DNA of 64,000 nucleotides, from contig NW_019217976.1 of NCBI RefSeq assembly GCF_002571385.2, positions 291,442 to 355,441 of the forward strand, given 5' to 3'. Shown here piece by piece: positions 39,609 to 51,326 of the stretch; the stretch's first letter is position 1, and the number at the start of each line of letters is the position of its first letter. Origin of the DNA: Stylophora pistillata. Its lineage: Eukaryota. A model generated the notes under the pieces. The model did not search any database and was not told the DNA's origin. It saw only the letters and a list, made by a program, of their open reading frames with translations. A program made the translations under genes and the position numbers.

Positions 39609-42600
39609 ATCAACCTAGGAGCCTTAATTTCCTTATGTATTTCCAATGCTGACAAGCAAAAAAACATGTGATAATTACAAGGCTGTGCTCTTCATATACA
39701 TTTTGCATTCATATACAAGATTTCTGTTCAGACACTTAAAATCATCAAACAACAATTGAATTTTGGTGTCCATTCTGAACCCACAAACCAGACAGATCTT
39801 TGAACAGCAAGAATATATCTAGAATCACAAAATCATTTAATCATTTCTAGTAGTTTGCAGCAAGAGAAATCAACCAAACTTGTCCAAACAAAAGTTTAGA
39901 TTACAGCCTTGAATGCAGAGATTGTTAATAATAATAATTGTTCTTGTCAATGAATATTAAATTATTGCAGTTTTATATAGCTCATGATAGACTTACTACA
40001 GCCTGGGATGACAGTGAGTATGCAAGCATTTTCTGAAATTATTCAACAAAGGGACAAGTAATGAAAAGTGAAAGCACCTATGAAAAAATGAGGAAAATAC
40101 ATGTACTTGTAAAAGTCATGTAACATTTAAGAAAGCTTAAATCTTTTCAGTCCTTAAAAAAGATCCCCTCACATGTAATAGTGTACTTTTCATGGCCAGG
40201 AAAATAGTTCCATCCATCGAAATGCTTGCATGCACATTGTTCTTTCAGGTTTTTCTGCATGAGTTATGGTAATAAAATTACCATGTAGAGCTTTTTCTAA
40301 GCAAGATGAATAATTCCTTTATATAAATATATTCCATTGGTGTAGTGTAGCCTATGTGGCATGCATGTTGGATGAGTTGTCTTACAGAACTTAGAGAGAT
40401 GGGTATTTAAGGTATGCAGGGTGTGGCTGTTATGACTGAGAACAATGGTCAGCTGTTGACATTGAAGACCTTTTCAGGAGAGTATTAATGGGGTTAACCA
40501 AGAGGGGTTTCACAGACTCTTTTAATTTCTTTTACCTGGGATTTTCAGTAACATCCCATGTATAGAGTTCAAGTTGTATACTTCAAAATGAGTCTCTCAG
40601 TTAGTTTGCAAGACAAACACTAATGCACAAGATTTGGCACCCATAGCCCCCTTTGGGATGCAATGTGATCAATTGACACACCTTTATTTCATCAATAAAC
40701 TTTAGTGTAATCTGTCTCTGATTGGCTTGTTCTTCTCATAAAAAATAAACTCTTAATTGTTGATTACATGAAAATCTAACCTTATCTGAAATACCTATGA
40801 AACCTGTCAGTTTTCAAGAAATTTTGAATTCTGTTATTTGCGAAAAAATTATTTTTTACACTGCTCACTGATGATGCCCTTGCACCATTGAAACTCTCCT
40901 GAAAAAACTTAGCCCATCAAGTACTAACATTTCTGATGCTGTCCCCTCGCAGAATAAGCACATAGACAGACTAGATATCAGGGTCGTGCATGCAGCTTTG
41001 ATTTAGTTCTTGAAATATTTTTGCATCATTCAGGGTTCCTAGAAAATGTGATTTACAGTGTTGCTCTAAGCTGCAACTATTTTAGCCTCAAAAGCAACTA
41101 GAAATACATTTCTTTTTTTTTTTGGTCAAGTTTAACTGAGGCAAGCAGTTTCATAAGATGTTGCATGAAGCTGCCATACTTTTCTCTTTGAAAACTCTAC
41201 TTTTGGCAACCAATCTAAGATTTAAATTCACCAAATGGCCTCTTCCAAAATAAGTTCAGCTTGGAACCCTGAATGACTGAAGCTACCATTGCAAAGTAAT
41301 AAATCGAAGTTGGAAAACAGCTAAGACATACCTGAGAGCTGTTACATGTGAACTATTCACATGTAACAGTAGCACCCAGAAATACAAGTTTAGTCTCCAG
41401 ATATTTTTTAGAGTTTTGAGTACACAATGGAGGAAATAGCCTAAGTTTAAGAGGACTGAAATCGTGAGATTTCTGCATTTTTCCTCCAAGAAGTTTACAG
41501 AGCACATCTAGATGATGAACTGGTGTTTTTAATTATTTTGTACATCAGGGCAGTTGTTATGTATTGTTAGTGCTGGTACACTTGTGTACAGTAATGTCAG
41601 TGATGACTCAAAACTATTTTTTTTTTTAAACCAATATTTGATATTAGTTGTAACGTAAAATTTTGAGCAGTTTCAAATTTAGTGTTGATATTTGATTGGA
41701 GAAGTTACCAAATTTGTCATGAGAGGCTGGTGGATTTATGTAATAATTTACATTGCAGTAAATTTCACTTCTAATTGTTCAGAACATTAATGATACCATC
41801 ATCTGACAAGCCTATGAAACTCAACAATATGATCAAAAGGCACAATACTAGATGAGTTTCTTCTCAACCCCAGAATTCCAGTTTTGCAACAGTATTATTC
41901 AAAGCTTCAAAGCCCAAAGCATGATGCTGCCAAGGATGTCCAGGTTTAGAAACACTAAATTGGACACTGCTCTGGAGAGACACTAATAATTTAGTCATGA
42001 GAGATTAGAATGTGTGAATAGTTTGTAGATATATAAATATGCTAAGTTATAGAAGTGTGAGTTAAATTAATTTATCAATTTTATAGTTACCGTAAGTTAT
42101 TATTTTGAGGGTAGCCAATACCTTTTTCTCGTATGTGTCTGGAGACAATAAATCCAAATGAGGCAGAAGCGTACATGAATATAAAGGATTAAAATACACC
42201 ATACTAGCATTCAATAACATGCATAAGCTAGTAGCATGGATACCATGCAGACGGAAATAAATTATAAGGCAATATAAGGTGGTGTGTAAAACATACCAGT
42301 AAGGTACCATCTGTAGTATCTTCTTGGTGTTCGTCATGTATTAATCAACTTATGGAGTGCACGTTGGCAAATAAAGCGAAACCTTTTTTAGATCTGAAAC
42401 TATAAAGCTCTGAAAGGATTTTAGACTTGAAGAGCTAGCATTAAGCTAAAGACAGATGGAGGCAATCTCTCAATCTGATTGGCCAAAATTAATTTTTCTT
42501 GATAGTGTATCTTTATTCTAAGGAGTAGGCTGAAGTATGACTTTTAGTTTCCTCATTTACCGAAAAGAATGGCTCTGTCAAAATCCACAACTTTGTAGGT

Positions 42601-45195
42601 ATCAATTACTGTGATTCCATTTGATTGTTCACAGCTTTACTTTCTCTTTTAATGCTGGACTGCAAGGAAAGCAAGGTTGATTGCATTCAGTTTTCAAATA
42701 GCTCAATAAAATGATCAAAGAAAAATACAGGAAAATACCAAATATTCGAAATATCTAACTACAAATTATCAGGCATGTAGCTGTTCTTATTGTAGTAGCT
42801 TGACAAGTAAGAAAATTTAAATTTTAAACATCTTTTTTCTTGTTGATGTTCTTCTACTGACAGAAGTAGAAAGTTGCAAAAACTACCTCTCACCAGAAAT
42901 TTGAGTCCTCAAATGAAAAAAAAAATTGTTCCTGCAAAGTACATCTTGTCCACTAGCACTGGAAAGGCTGTGAGCTATCTTTGGGGCTGAAAATATTCCA
43001 TAACAAGTTCCAAGGAGGGTTTATGTAGGAGGCTTTTAGAGAATCCAACATACATTGTGTTATCTAACCATTCTGTAGCAGCCTTAAGTCCTAGAAAACA
43101 CTAACTGAGCTTTCTTTAAGATACAAGGTCTGGAAATGTTTCATAACCTTCAGCTAATGCCTTCCAAGTTAAGCTTTTATTGGTTTCTTCCATTAATACT
43201 GCTGCATGGTGATCACATTTTGATTTTGCCAAATTTCTGTACTTGCAACACTGTTCAAAAATGACAATAATTATCTTGACTACATTCCCTTGTTACTGGA
43301 AAAAAGTAGGTTACATCTGTAGTGATGGCAGTAGGAAACAACACACTTCTAATTCTGACAGTGTGAGTGTTTGTAATATATTTCAAAATTGAAACAATTT
43401 TCTCTTAAGTAGCAGAGGACAGTTTCTACTTCCTTTAGCATATCATCTTGCAATAATACCAGATCTAAGAATGAAATTTTATGGACTTGAACATTTTTGT
43501 TTTGGTTTAAGTAGATTTTGATCTTTATTTGTAGAAAAACATATATATCTTCAGAGTATCCTCTGACTTATTTTCAACAATGCCACTTTAAGCAACAGTT
43601 CTTTTAACAGATGTTGGTTGAGCTGTCACATGATGCCTTCCTTTCAACATCATTATCATCATACCTGTGTGTCTCACCGGCAGAGACTTCTTTACAAGGA
43701 AAAAGCATTCCACCACAGCCCAACTAACAGCTGGGTGAAAGGATTTCTGTATCAGGTAAACTAACCAATTGCTGAGACATAGACAGCAACAGCCATGCTG
43801 CCTAGCCTGCTGGTGGCCTTCTGACAGTGTTACCTGTCATTTTGTAACTGTGGTTGCTATTGTAACTAAGTGTGACCTTTACAGTTAAAATCATTTTATC
43901 TCATGAGAAAAAATGATGTGATAAAACTTGTGTGCAGTTAGTAACTCATTATTTTGCAACATGTTTATTAGCTCATGAACATGTTCTCACCTGTTCACAA
44001 AAGCTGTTACTTGTTTTATGCAACTCTTCGCTTACAAAGTTCAAGTCTGAAGCATTATTGTTATTATTTTTGTTTTGTTTTTTATGTTCTTTTTGTTTGT
44101 TTTTTCCATCATTACTATTTTCAAGAAGAGATTTTTAATAGCTCTTTCATTTGATACTGTCATTCATGCTGCTCTTAGGGACTAATGGAGGAAACCAAAT
44201 ATGTGATCTTGTGTATTAGAGCAGAGATGTGGAGCATATTTTTTTTTTTAACCTTCGGGATATTCTTTTTCAACCTTTTGCTATTCTTTTCTCAATTTTA
44301 TTTGTAAGCCTAACCCTCTACAATCTTTCTTAAGAGTGTAAGGGTTGTATATTAGTTTCAGCTGCTAAAAAGACAAACTTATGAACCATATATTCCAAGT
44401 CTTACTATATTATCAATGCTATTAGTTAAAAAATTATGATTATGATGTTTTGTTCAGATCTTGTACTCAATTTACCAAGAATTTGGTCCTGTTTTGTTTT
44501 AGTCTGTAGTATAATGGCTAGTTAAGTTATTTGTTTTCCTTGAAGAGATATAGATGTGTGTTAGAGATATTTATTTTTGGTTTGTAGATAGATACAGGTG
44601 TAGGAATGTTTTAAACTCCTGATAACATATTGTGTACATAACTAAAATTGTTGTAACAAGATAAGAAGGTCCAATACTCATTATTGTCAACATAACAGGC
44701 CCAAAAAAAAAAAACAACCTATGAATTCAGTAAATAATTTGACGTTCTACTATGTAATGTTTGTGAATCAAGAGTGAAGTTAATGAGGAATAAAACACTG
44801 GCCTCTCATGTGGCACCACTTGGAAAATGTGACATTATTTTGTTAGATGTCTTTTTAAAACCTGTTCAATGCACAATGTCTCCATACCGCTCTTAAGGTA
44901 CTGTTTTGAAAGGGAGAATTTGTTAAATGACCAAAGTTTCTGAGGTTAACGATCATTTCCTTCATTCTCATAATCTTTTAAAAATGATTCAGCAATATTA
45001 TCGTAAGGAGAAATTAGATGCTGGTCACTCCGAGAATCTAGGGTTAGGGTCAGGGCATTTAGAGGGAATCAGACCTGTTGGGGCTTTTTACTACGGGTCT
45101 GAGACCAAAATTCTTGCGACATGATCGCATTCTATTGCTTAACCAAATGTATTTGCAATTTACCTAACTTAACTGACTCCCCACGTTATTTATGC

Positions 45196-45590
45196 TTAAA
45201 GGCTCATTTTCAACCGAGATGCCTTGCGCGCCCAGATCATTTTTCATATATGAAAAATACGCTATTTTCCTCGAAGTTGCGGAATCGCTTTGATATCTTC
45301 TTCCATCTTACTAATTAGGGCTTTCAAAGTTCCATCTTGAATCATGTGCGAACAACAAACTATTCGTAATATCCATATCAGTAAATAGTTTTTAATTCTT
45401 ACATGTATGACAGTGAAAAACGTCATTTGAAAAGTTGATGCCGCCGAAGAAGCGGTCTAGAGGAAGGCCGGGTCTGCCCGGCTCGGCAAAGGTTATTCGA
45501 CTTCGAGAGTCTGTGTATGATTTATGGAGGGCAAGAAAAACAACAATGGGTTTCGGTAACACTACAGACAGTGCTTTTGCAGAAGTAAGA
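45196..45590 (+). mobile_element. Possible 5' end of a TTAA-targeting (Kolobok-like) transposon with short first exon 45438-45584
   Basis: TTAA-AGG start. ATG ORF MPPKKRSRGRPGLPGSAKVIRLRESVYDLWRARKTTMGFGNTTDSAFAE followed by GTAAGA. No matching right TIR was found. Confidence 0.35.
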
Positions 45591-48500
45591 ATAATTATTT
45601 GACTGATTTTTACTTGAGATCCTGAGATATGTATCTCATTTATGTAAGTCATTATTCTATAATTGAAATGCGTAAAGTAAATCAGTTTTGACCAATATTG
45701 GTTATTTGTTTATATTTTATTTAGTGTTGAAGCCGAACAATTTCCTTCAACATCAAGTAAGCTTTTTACAAGTTTTATACACAGACTCTATTTATGATTT
45801 TTCAGTCTCAAATATTTAGCTGCAAATTTGTTTACTGTGTTCTTCACCAAATCTTTGTTTTTCTTTTTAATAGTGTTTGTGAATGACTATCAGAGTTCGC
45901 CATTTAACAATAGCGCGGTTCCAAAACAAAAACAAACGACTGCAAAGGATATCGGATGAAAATGGGCCTTTGAGTGTTTAAAAGAAAAAATTCCTAGGAT
46001 TCCCCGCCCCATCAGAAATTCCTGGATTCGCCCCTGAAAATGCATTTTTCGACACTTTCTAGCTGAGGGACTCATCAGAGTCAAAATATCGCGTTTGAAC
46101 CGTTCCTGCAAAAGCGCTCGCTATGCTTTAGCACCCTAACATCAGCATTTCAATTCTCTGCACTGTTCTATCTTCGTTTCATTCAGCAATGACAAGGAGA
46201 ATTTACTTAAATTTGAAAAGCTTTTAGTTTGCAATCATTTTCAAAATCTCGTGAGCCTAATGTTTGATTCAGCTATTACCTTGTACCACTAACAGAGAAG
46301 CGAGAACCCGCCCTTCAATCTCCTACAGCTTTGGCTCCTATCCTCCTCCTTCCCATAAATAAGTGATAAACTGGAGATTGATCATTGCGAGATGTTCCCA
46401 CATTGGCATTTTGTTACCCTTTTCCGCTCTTTTCCCGGCTTGGCATTCCCGCACCCGGTCCCCCCTTTACGCATGTGACATCGGGCCGGTAACATTAGTC
46501 ACACAAGCATCATTTGATGCCAGCGTGACTTATGTTACGTTTTTTATGTTTAAGGAAAATTTTTTTTATGTTTATGTTACGTATGTCAGGCCAGTTAAAA
46601 ATTTGTATTGTGACATCCTTTGCTCCTTTTTGACCCCGTCATTCATAAGATAGGGCGTGGCGGCTGGCCATGCGTTAACAAGCCCTACCCGCATTCTTTT
46701 GTTTGCTTTTGTCGCGTGCAGACGTCTCTTGTTAAGGAGGAAGATCCGTTACAGGCTTACCTAAGATGTCGCTTTTTTTTTTACCCCGTCTGTTCCCCTC
46801 TTCAGCACGCAAAAGATAAATACCACTGCTCGTAATCAAATAGGCCCGCCTAGACCGTTTATAGCTTTGAAAAGAAAAACAACGCCTGGTTTTATATTCT
46901 TGGAAACTTTTAGCGGGAAGTGTGACTTACCTCTTGAGAACCTGAACCTTTTTCAAATGATAATAAAGGAACTCAGATTTTATGTAACGCTAAGGGTTCA
47001 TCACTCGATAATATATTAAACAAAAACAATGAAAACCTAAAAAAAATTACAACAACTAAAATTTCAAAACAACTAAATAAATTTTCGGACCCTATTTCTA
47101 ACGAGTGTACGAACCTGCACCCAACTAATTGCCCCGCGAAATGATTGAATCTATATCCAGTGTCATATCAAAAACAACTACAGTCTTTGGCGCTGTGCAT
47201 ACTCATACAGCTTATGAATACAAAAGGTGACCGCTGGAGCGCTTACATGTCGCATAAATCGGTGGCGGTCTCATAAATCTACTGGGTGTTATAATGTTGA
47301 TTTGTATTTCGCAATTTGCGCTCTAGTTCGCCGAATTTTTTCTTTCCTTTGACGGGTGTAGAATTAAATGGCACCCCAGATCGCAGATTAAAATTCCGAC
47401 GGTCGTAAAGTGCTTGGCGACGAAATTGATATACGGAAGTCTTAAGGCGAAGATCAGCACAAATGGTCTCGTGGGTCCAAAGTCCGGGAACAAAATTGTG
47501 AGGCCGGTTTCCTATGTTGAATTTGCAGTCAGTTATTTTCTTTGTGTTAGTCGTTCGATTCGAAGAGCTAAGTGAAGAAACGATATAAAGTGCTGTGTTT
47601 TGTCTGGCTTACGAAGGAGCCATTTCAGTTTCATTTTTTTTTTCCATATCGGGTGGCCGAAGCCTAAGCAAGGTAGGGGTCATGCGAAGACCCTTGTGCC
47701 TTTACCCGAGTCCCGCGTACCTCACGAAAAAGACGAAGAGGTGTTGAGGACACAAACAATAGTTACCATTGCCTGAAGCCACAGAGGACTCACATTCCTT
47801 TTGACGGCATCATCGTTGGAAACTAATGAGGAAACTCTTAAAACTTCACTACAATCTTACTTTGTGCATCCATTTTCACCTCAAAAAGATGCCTTTTTTC
47901 TCATAAAAAATTTTCCCTGTATTCCTTCCGCTCCGACAATATTCCAGGAGATACTACAGCTCCCCAAAGACCCTTGATTCTAAAATGGGCATCATTTCCT
48001 CCCATCTTTCATGTATGAAATGCGCGCACTGATTATGGCGGGAGTTCGCTTGAGATAAGTCGCGCTCGCTCTGAACTGAGTGTATGGGGACCAAATGTTT
48101 CTAACTTTATGTTGAAATAAGTGTTAAATTTTTACAACAAGCACGCCGGTTCGTTTCTAGAACCGCACAACCGCAGAACTGTGAGAGCCTCTCGGGGTAA
48201 TTTCAAACGTAAGCAAATGCAAGGTGGTATTTTCTTTCAAATTAAATTTCGAATTAAATAAGAGGCAAAGGTGGACAAGAACAGATTCTATTTCAGAGGA
48301 AATGACTGCGCATTACAACAATAACCTAGTCATAAAGTATATCACCTCCGCACATGCGGTGAAATTTCCCGGAAACTCTTTTTTTAATGTGGATTAGCGC
48401 AAAGGGCATCGCTAGTAAACGCAGGAAAGTACTCTCTATTATACTACTGTCATTCCCATCTGTCAATTGGACACTTAGTAATGTTAGTGGTACGTGAAGC

Positions 48501-50221
48501 GAAAGTACTGACTTAACTGTTTTCGCCCACCGCTAACTCTCAGGGGGTTTTGTAATGGTGTGAGAAAATTCTGGACTTCATCCAGAAATAACAATTCTCT
48601 TACATAATTGCTCAAGAGAGCTCAAACATAGACTCAACTAAAACTGCCTCAGAGACTAGGGTAAAGTTTTTAACTGAGAGTGGTCCGACTCTAGAGACCC
48701 TTAAAGAGGAAATGTCTCTTAACCTTGTTACTAGAAATAATCACGTTTTCTCAAGAAAGAGTGGAGCAATTTGCCCTCCCCAGAAGTACTCTCCCCGACG
48801 TGAATGCACAAAATGACGCGTTCAGTTTCGTTTGCTTATGAGAGCATAAAAGACAGTTGAACGCACTTTAGCTATCGTAAACTCTTTCTTCGCGCCACGC
48901 ATCGCTCTCAAGGTGTATTTTTCTTCACTTTAATCAGTCTAATGGCGATCTTCCCCGTCGGTGCCAATCCAAAGAAAACTGAGATACATGACACCTCACA
49001 GTTATTATTAGTGACGCATTTCCGACAAACATTCAGGATGACCAATACTATCGCATCATTCAATACCTTCTCGTATTCCGTTCTTACACGGTTAAAGTCC
49101 AGTTTTTCTCGAGTCAAGTTTTATATACCTTTTCACCTTCAAAGAGGACCGAGCTTGCAATTCTTGAGAGTTCAATTCCACGATGAAGTTAGCTATAGCT
49201 GTTCTTCTAGTCTGTGTGGCTGCACCACAAAGTAAGTACTTCTTCTTTCAATTTACCTCAATTTTCGTAAGGAGCACGAAATATGACCATGCTGTTTACC
49301 CTAATGACACTACATGGGAAACCATTTGACCGTCCTTAATTGAATCCTGATGTCAAAACCGTTTTCTTACTTTCGAAGTAGAAAACAGACAACTGCCACA
49401 GATTAGTCAGGACTGTTAGAAAGGGCGTGTGTTTTCCTTGCCGCTTGTCTCTAAAAGCAGTTGAACGCGACAACGTCTCATTGAAAACGCACTGGTGAAA
49501 TTCGCAGTGTGAACAAATGCCGAGGTAGAATGCGGCCTGGGCGTCGCTGAAGGAATGTTAAAAAAAGAAAAGCTATCACACTCTTCAATACATTTACTAC
49601 TAGAGTGTCTTTTCTTTGAACGATCATTTTTTGTTTTGGGGCAGAGAAAGAATCTGAAATCAATAAATTCAACCTTCCAACCCTCGCGTTTTTTCGTAAT
49701 TTGTCAACGTTCAACGAGGATTTCAGTGTTTGTGATATCGATGAAGTGATTGGTATCGGCTGCCATTAAAGCGCTAGGTCTCGAGTTTATAGAACCTTTC
49801 TTGTTCTTGCTTCCTTTCAAAAGGAATTCGCACAGTTTCCTCTGCTGTTGGAACTATTTTACCAACGGAATGTTACATGACCTTTTTTCTCATCTACTGC
49901 GTTGTCACTGTGCGAATGACATATGAGAATCGGAAAGTGATACTTTAAGATAAGTTGTCAAAATCGCTTCAGACATTTGATTGGCTTTAAAGTTTATTCA
50001 GACATATTCACAAGATTATTCCGAGAAAATTGGCATTTTCTTTTCTCGAAATCGCATCAAATGAGTGTAGTGTCGAAATGTCAGGAAATGGCACGCTGTG
50101 AGGTAATCTTTCGGAAGCTCGTATTCCGTGCCTTTTGCTATAGTTTAGAATCGAGATATTTTGTCTTGTAAGTCTTTGTTTAGTCTTTCTTATCCATAGT
50201 ATCGCGATTCCTTGTTTTGAA

Positions 50222-50330
50222 ACTCACGAGCAAGACAAAACAAATCCCTGATTGCAGCAATTACACGATTCCGTAGTTTGATACTCACGAGCAAGACGAA
50301 ACAAATTCCTTGTAGCAGCAATCACGGGTG
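50222..50330. repeat. Tandem duplication, 2 x 60 bp
   Basis: ACTCACGAGCAAGAC(A/G)AAACAAAT at 50222 and 50283. Confidence 0.8.
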
Positions 50331-51236
50331 TCGATTGCACAAATAGGTCACTAGCTTAGAGGAGCTTAATTCCTCACGAGATGCGTAGTTTGGTGACCAA
50401 CGTCATGCGAAAATTATCACATTGAAAAATTGTTCTTGGCTAGATTCTGTGTGGTTTGAGACTCGGAGCATTACGTAATAATTCAGATGTGAAAAATCCT
50501 GGTCTTCCATTGCTCGGTAAGACGTATGAAATAGGATTTGTCTACCGAGCTAAAAAAATTTGCGCCGTGAACAGCAAAGGAGACAGACTCAAACAACTCG
50601 GCTAGATAATTTTTGTCTCCAAATCTTGCTCTTAGTGAAAAGCTGGAATCCCAACTTCCTTTAGCTCTTAGATAAATATTGCTGATTAGGTTACTTTCTT
50701 TTGGATAGCAATAAGCGTATCTGATAACAAATAACGTTGTTTGCATTCTGTCTTATGATTTCGGACTTTAGCCATAGACCCCTGTGAAGAGTGTTACATG
50801 ATACGCCTTCTCTGCCTGGCTTTCGTAGCATATGAAAGGATTAGTCTGCAAAAAAATAAAACGACACAGCAGATCTTGGTAGATCTTTCTTTTGGTTTCG
50901 AATGCTAATCAAAGAATGGAGACCTAGCGTGTTAGAGATCATGTTATGAAATAAAGCACAGCTCTTTTTGGCCAACGAACGGCTGGGGATCGACTTGAAT
51001 GTGGATGTGACCTTTCTGGCTTCGCGTAGTGGTGATTTCACATCGATGCCTTCTTTTCTCCCGAGCTTAATGAGAAAAAAAAAATTCATTCCAAGCCTTT
51101 CAAGACCTTGCTTTTTGTCACGAAGGTTTCAACTGAGAAATTTCACAATTTTTCTGAACTTGTGCGTAATCGTTGGCGGATCAAGTATCTATCACTAATC
51201 GCAAAGTATCGACGGAACGACCAAAGTCCGGACTGT

Positions 51237-51244
51237 TATAAAAG
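51237..51244 (+). promoter_or_regulatory. TATA box of the secreted repeat-protein gene
   Basis: TATAAAAG 90 bp upstream of the proposed ATG at 51327. Confidence 0.55.
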
Positions 51245-51326
51245 CAACTCTCGCAGGGAAGTAGGGACAAAGTTCAAACTCGCGCTTGCAAAAATTCCGC
51301 TGCTTAGGTAACTTTATACTACAAAG

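Noticed and set aside
46300-51200. Short ORFs in the CpG-rich intergenic region
   Set aside because: No recognisable domains or consistent splice chain were seen. A divergent gene or lncRNA cannot be excluded.
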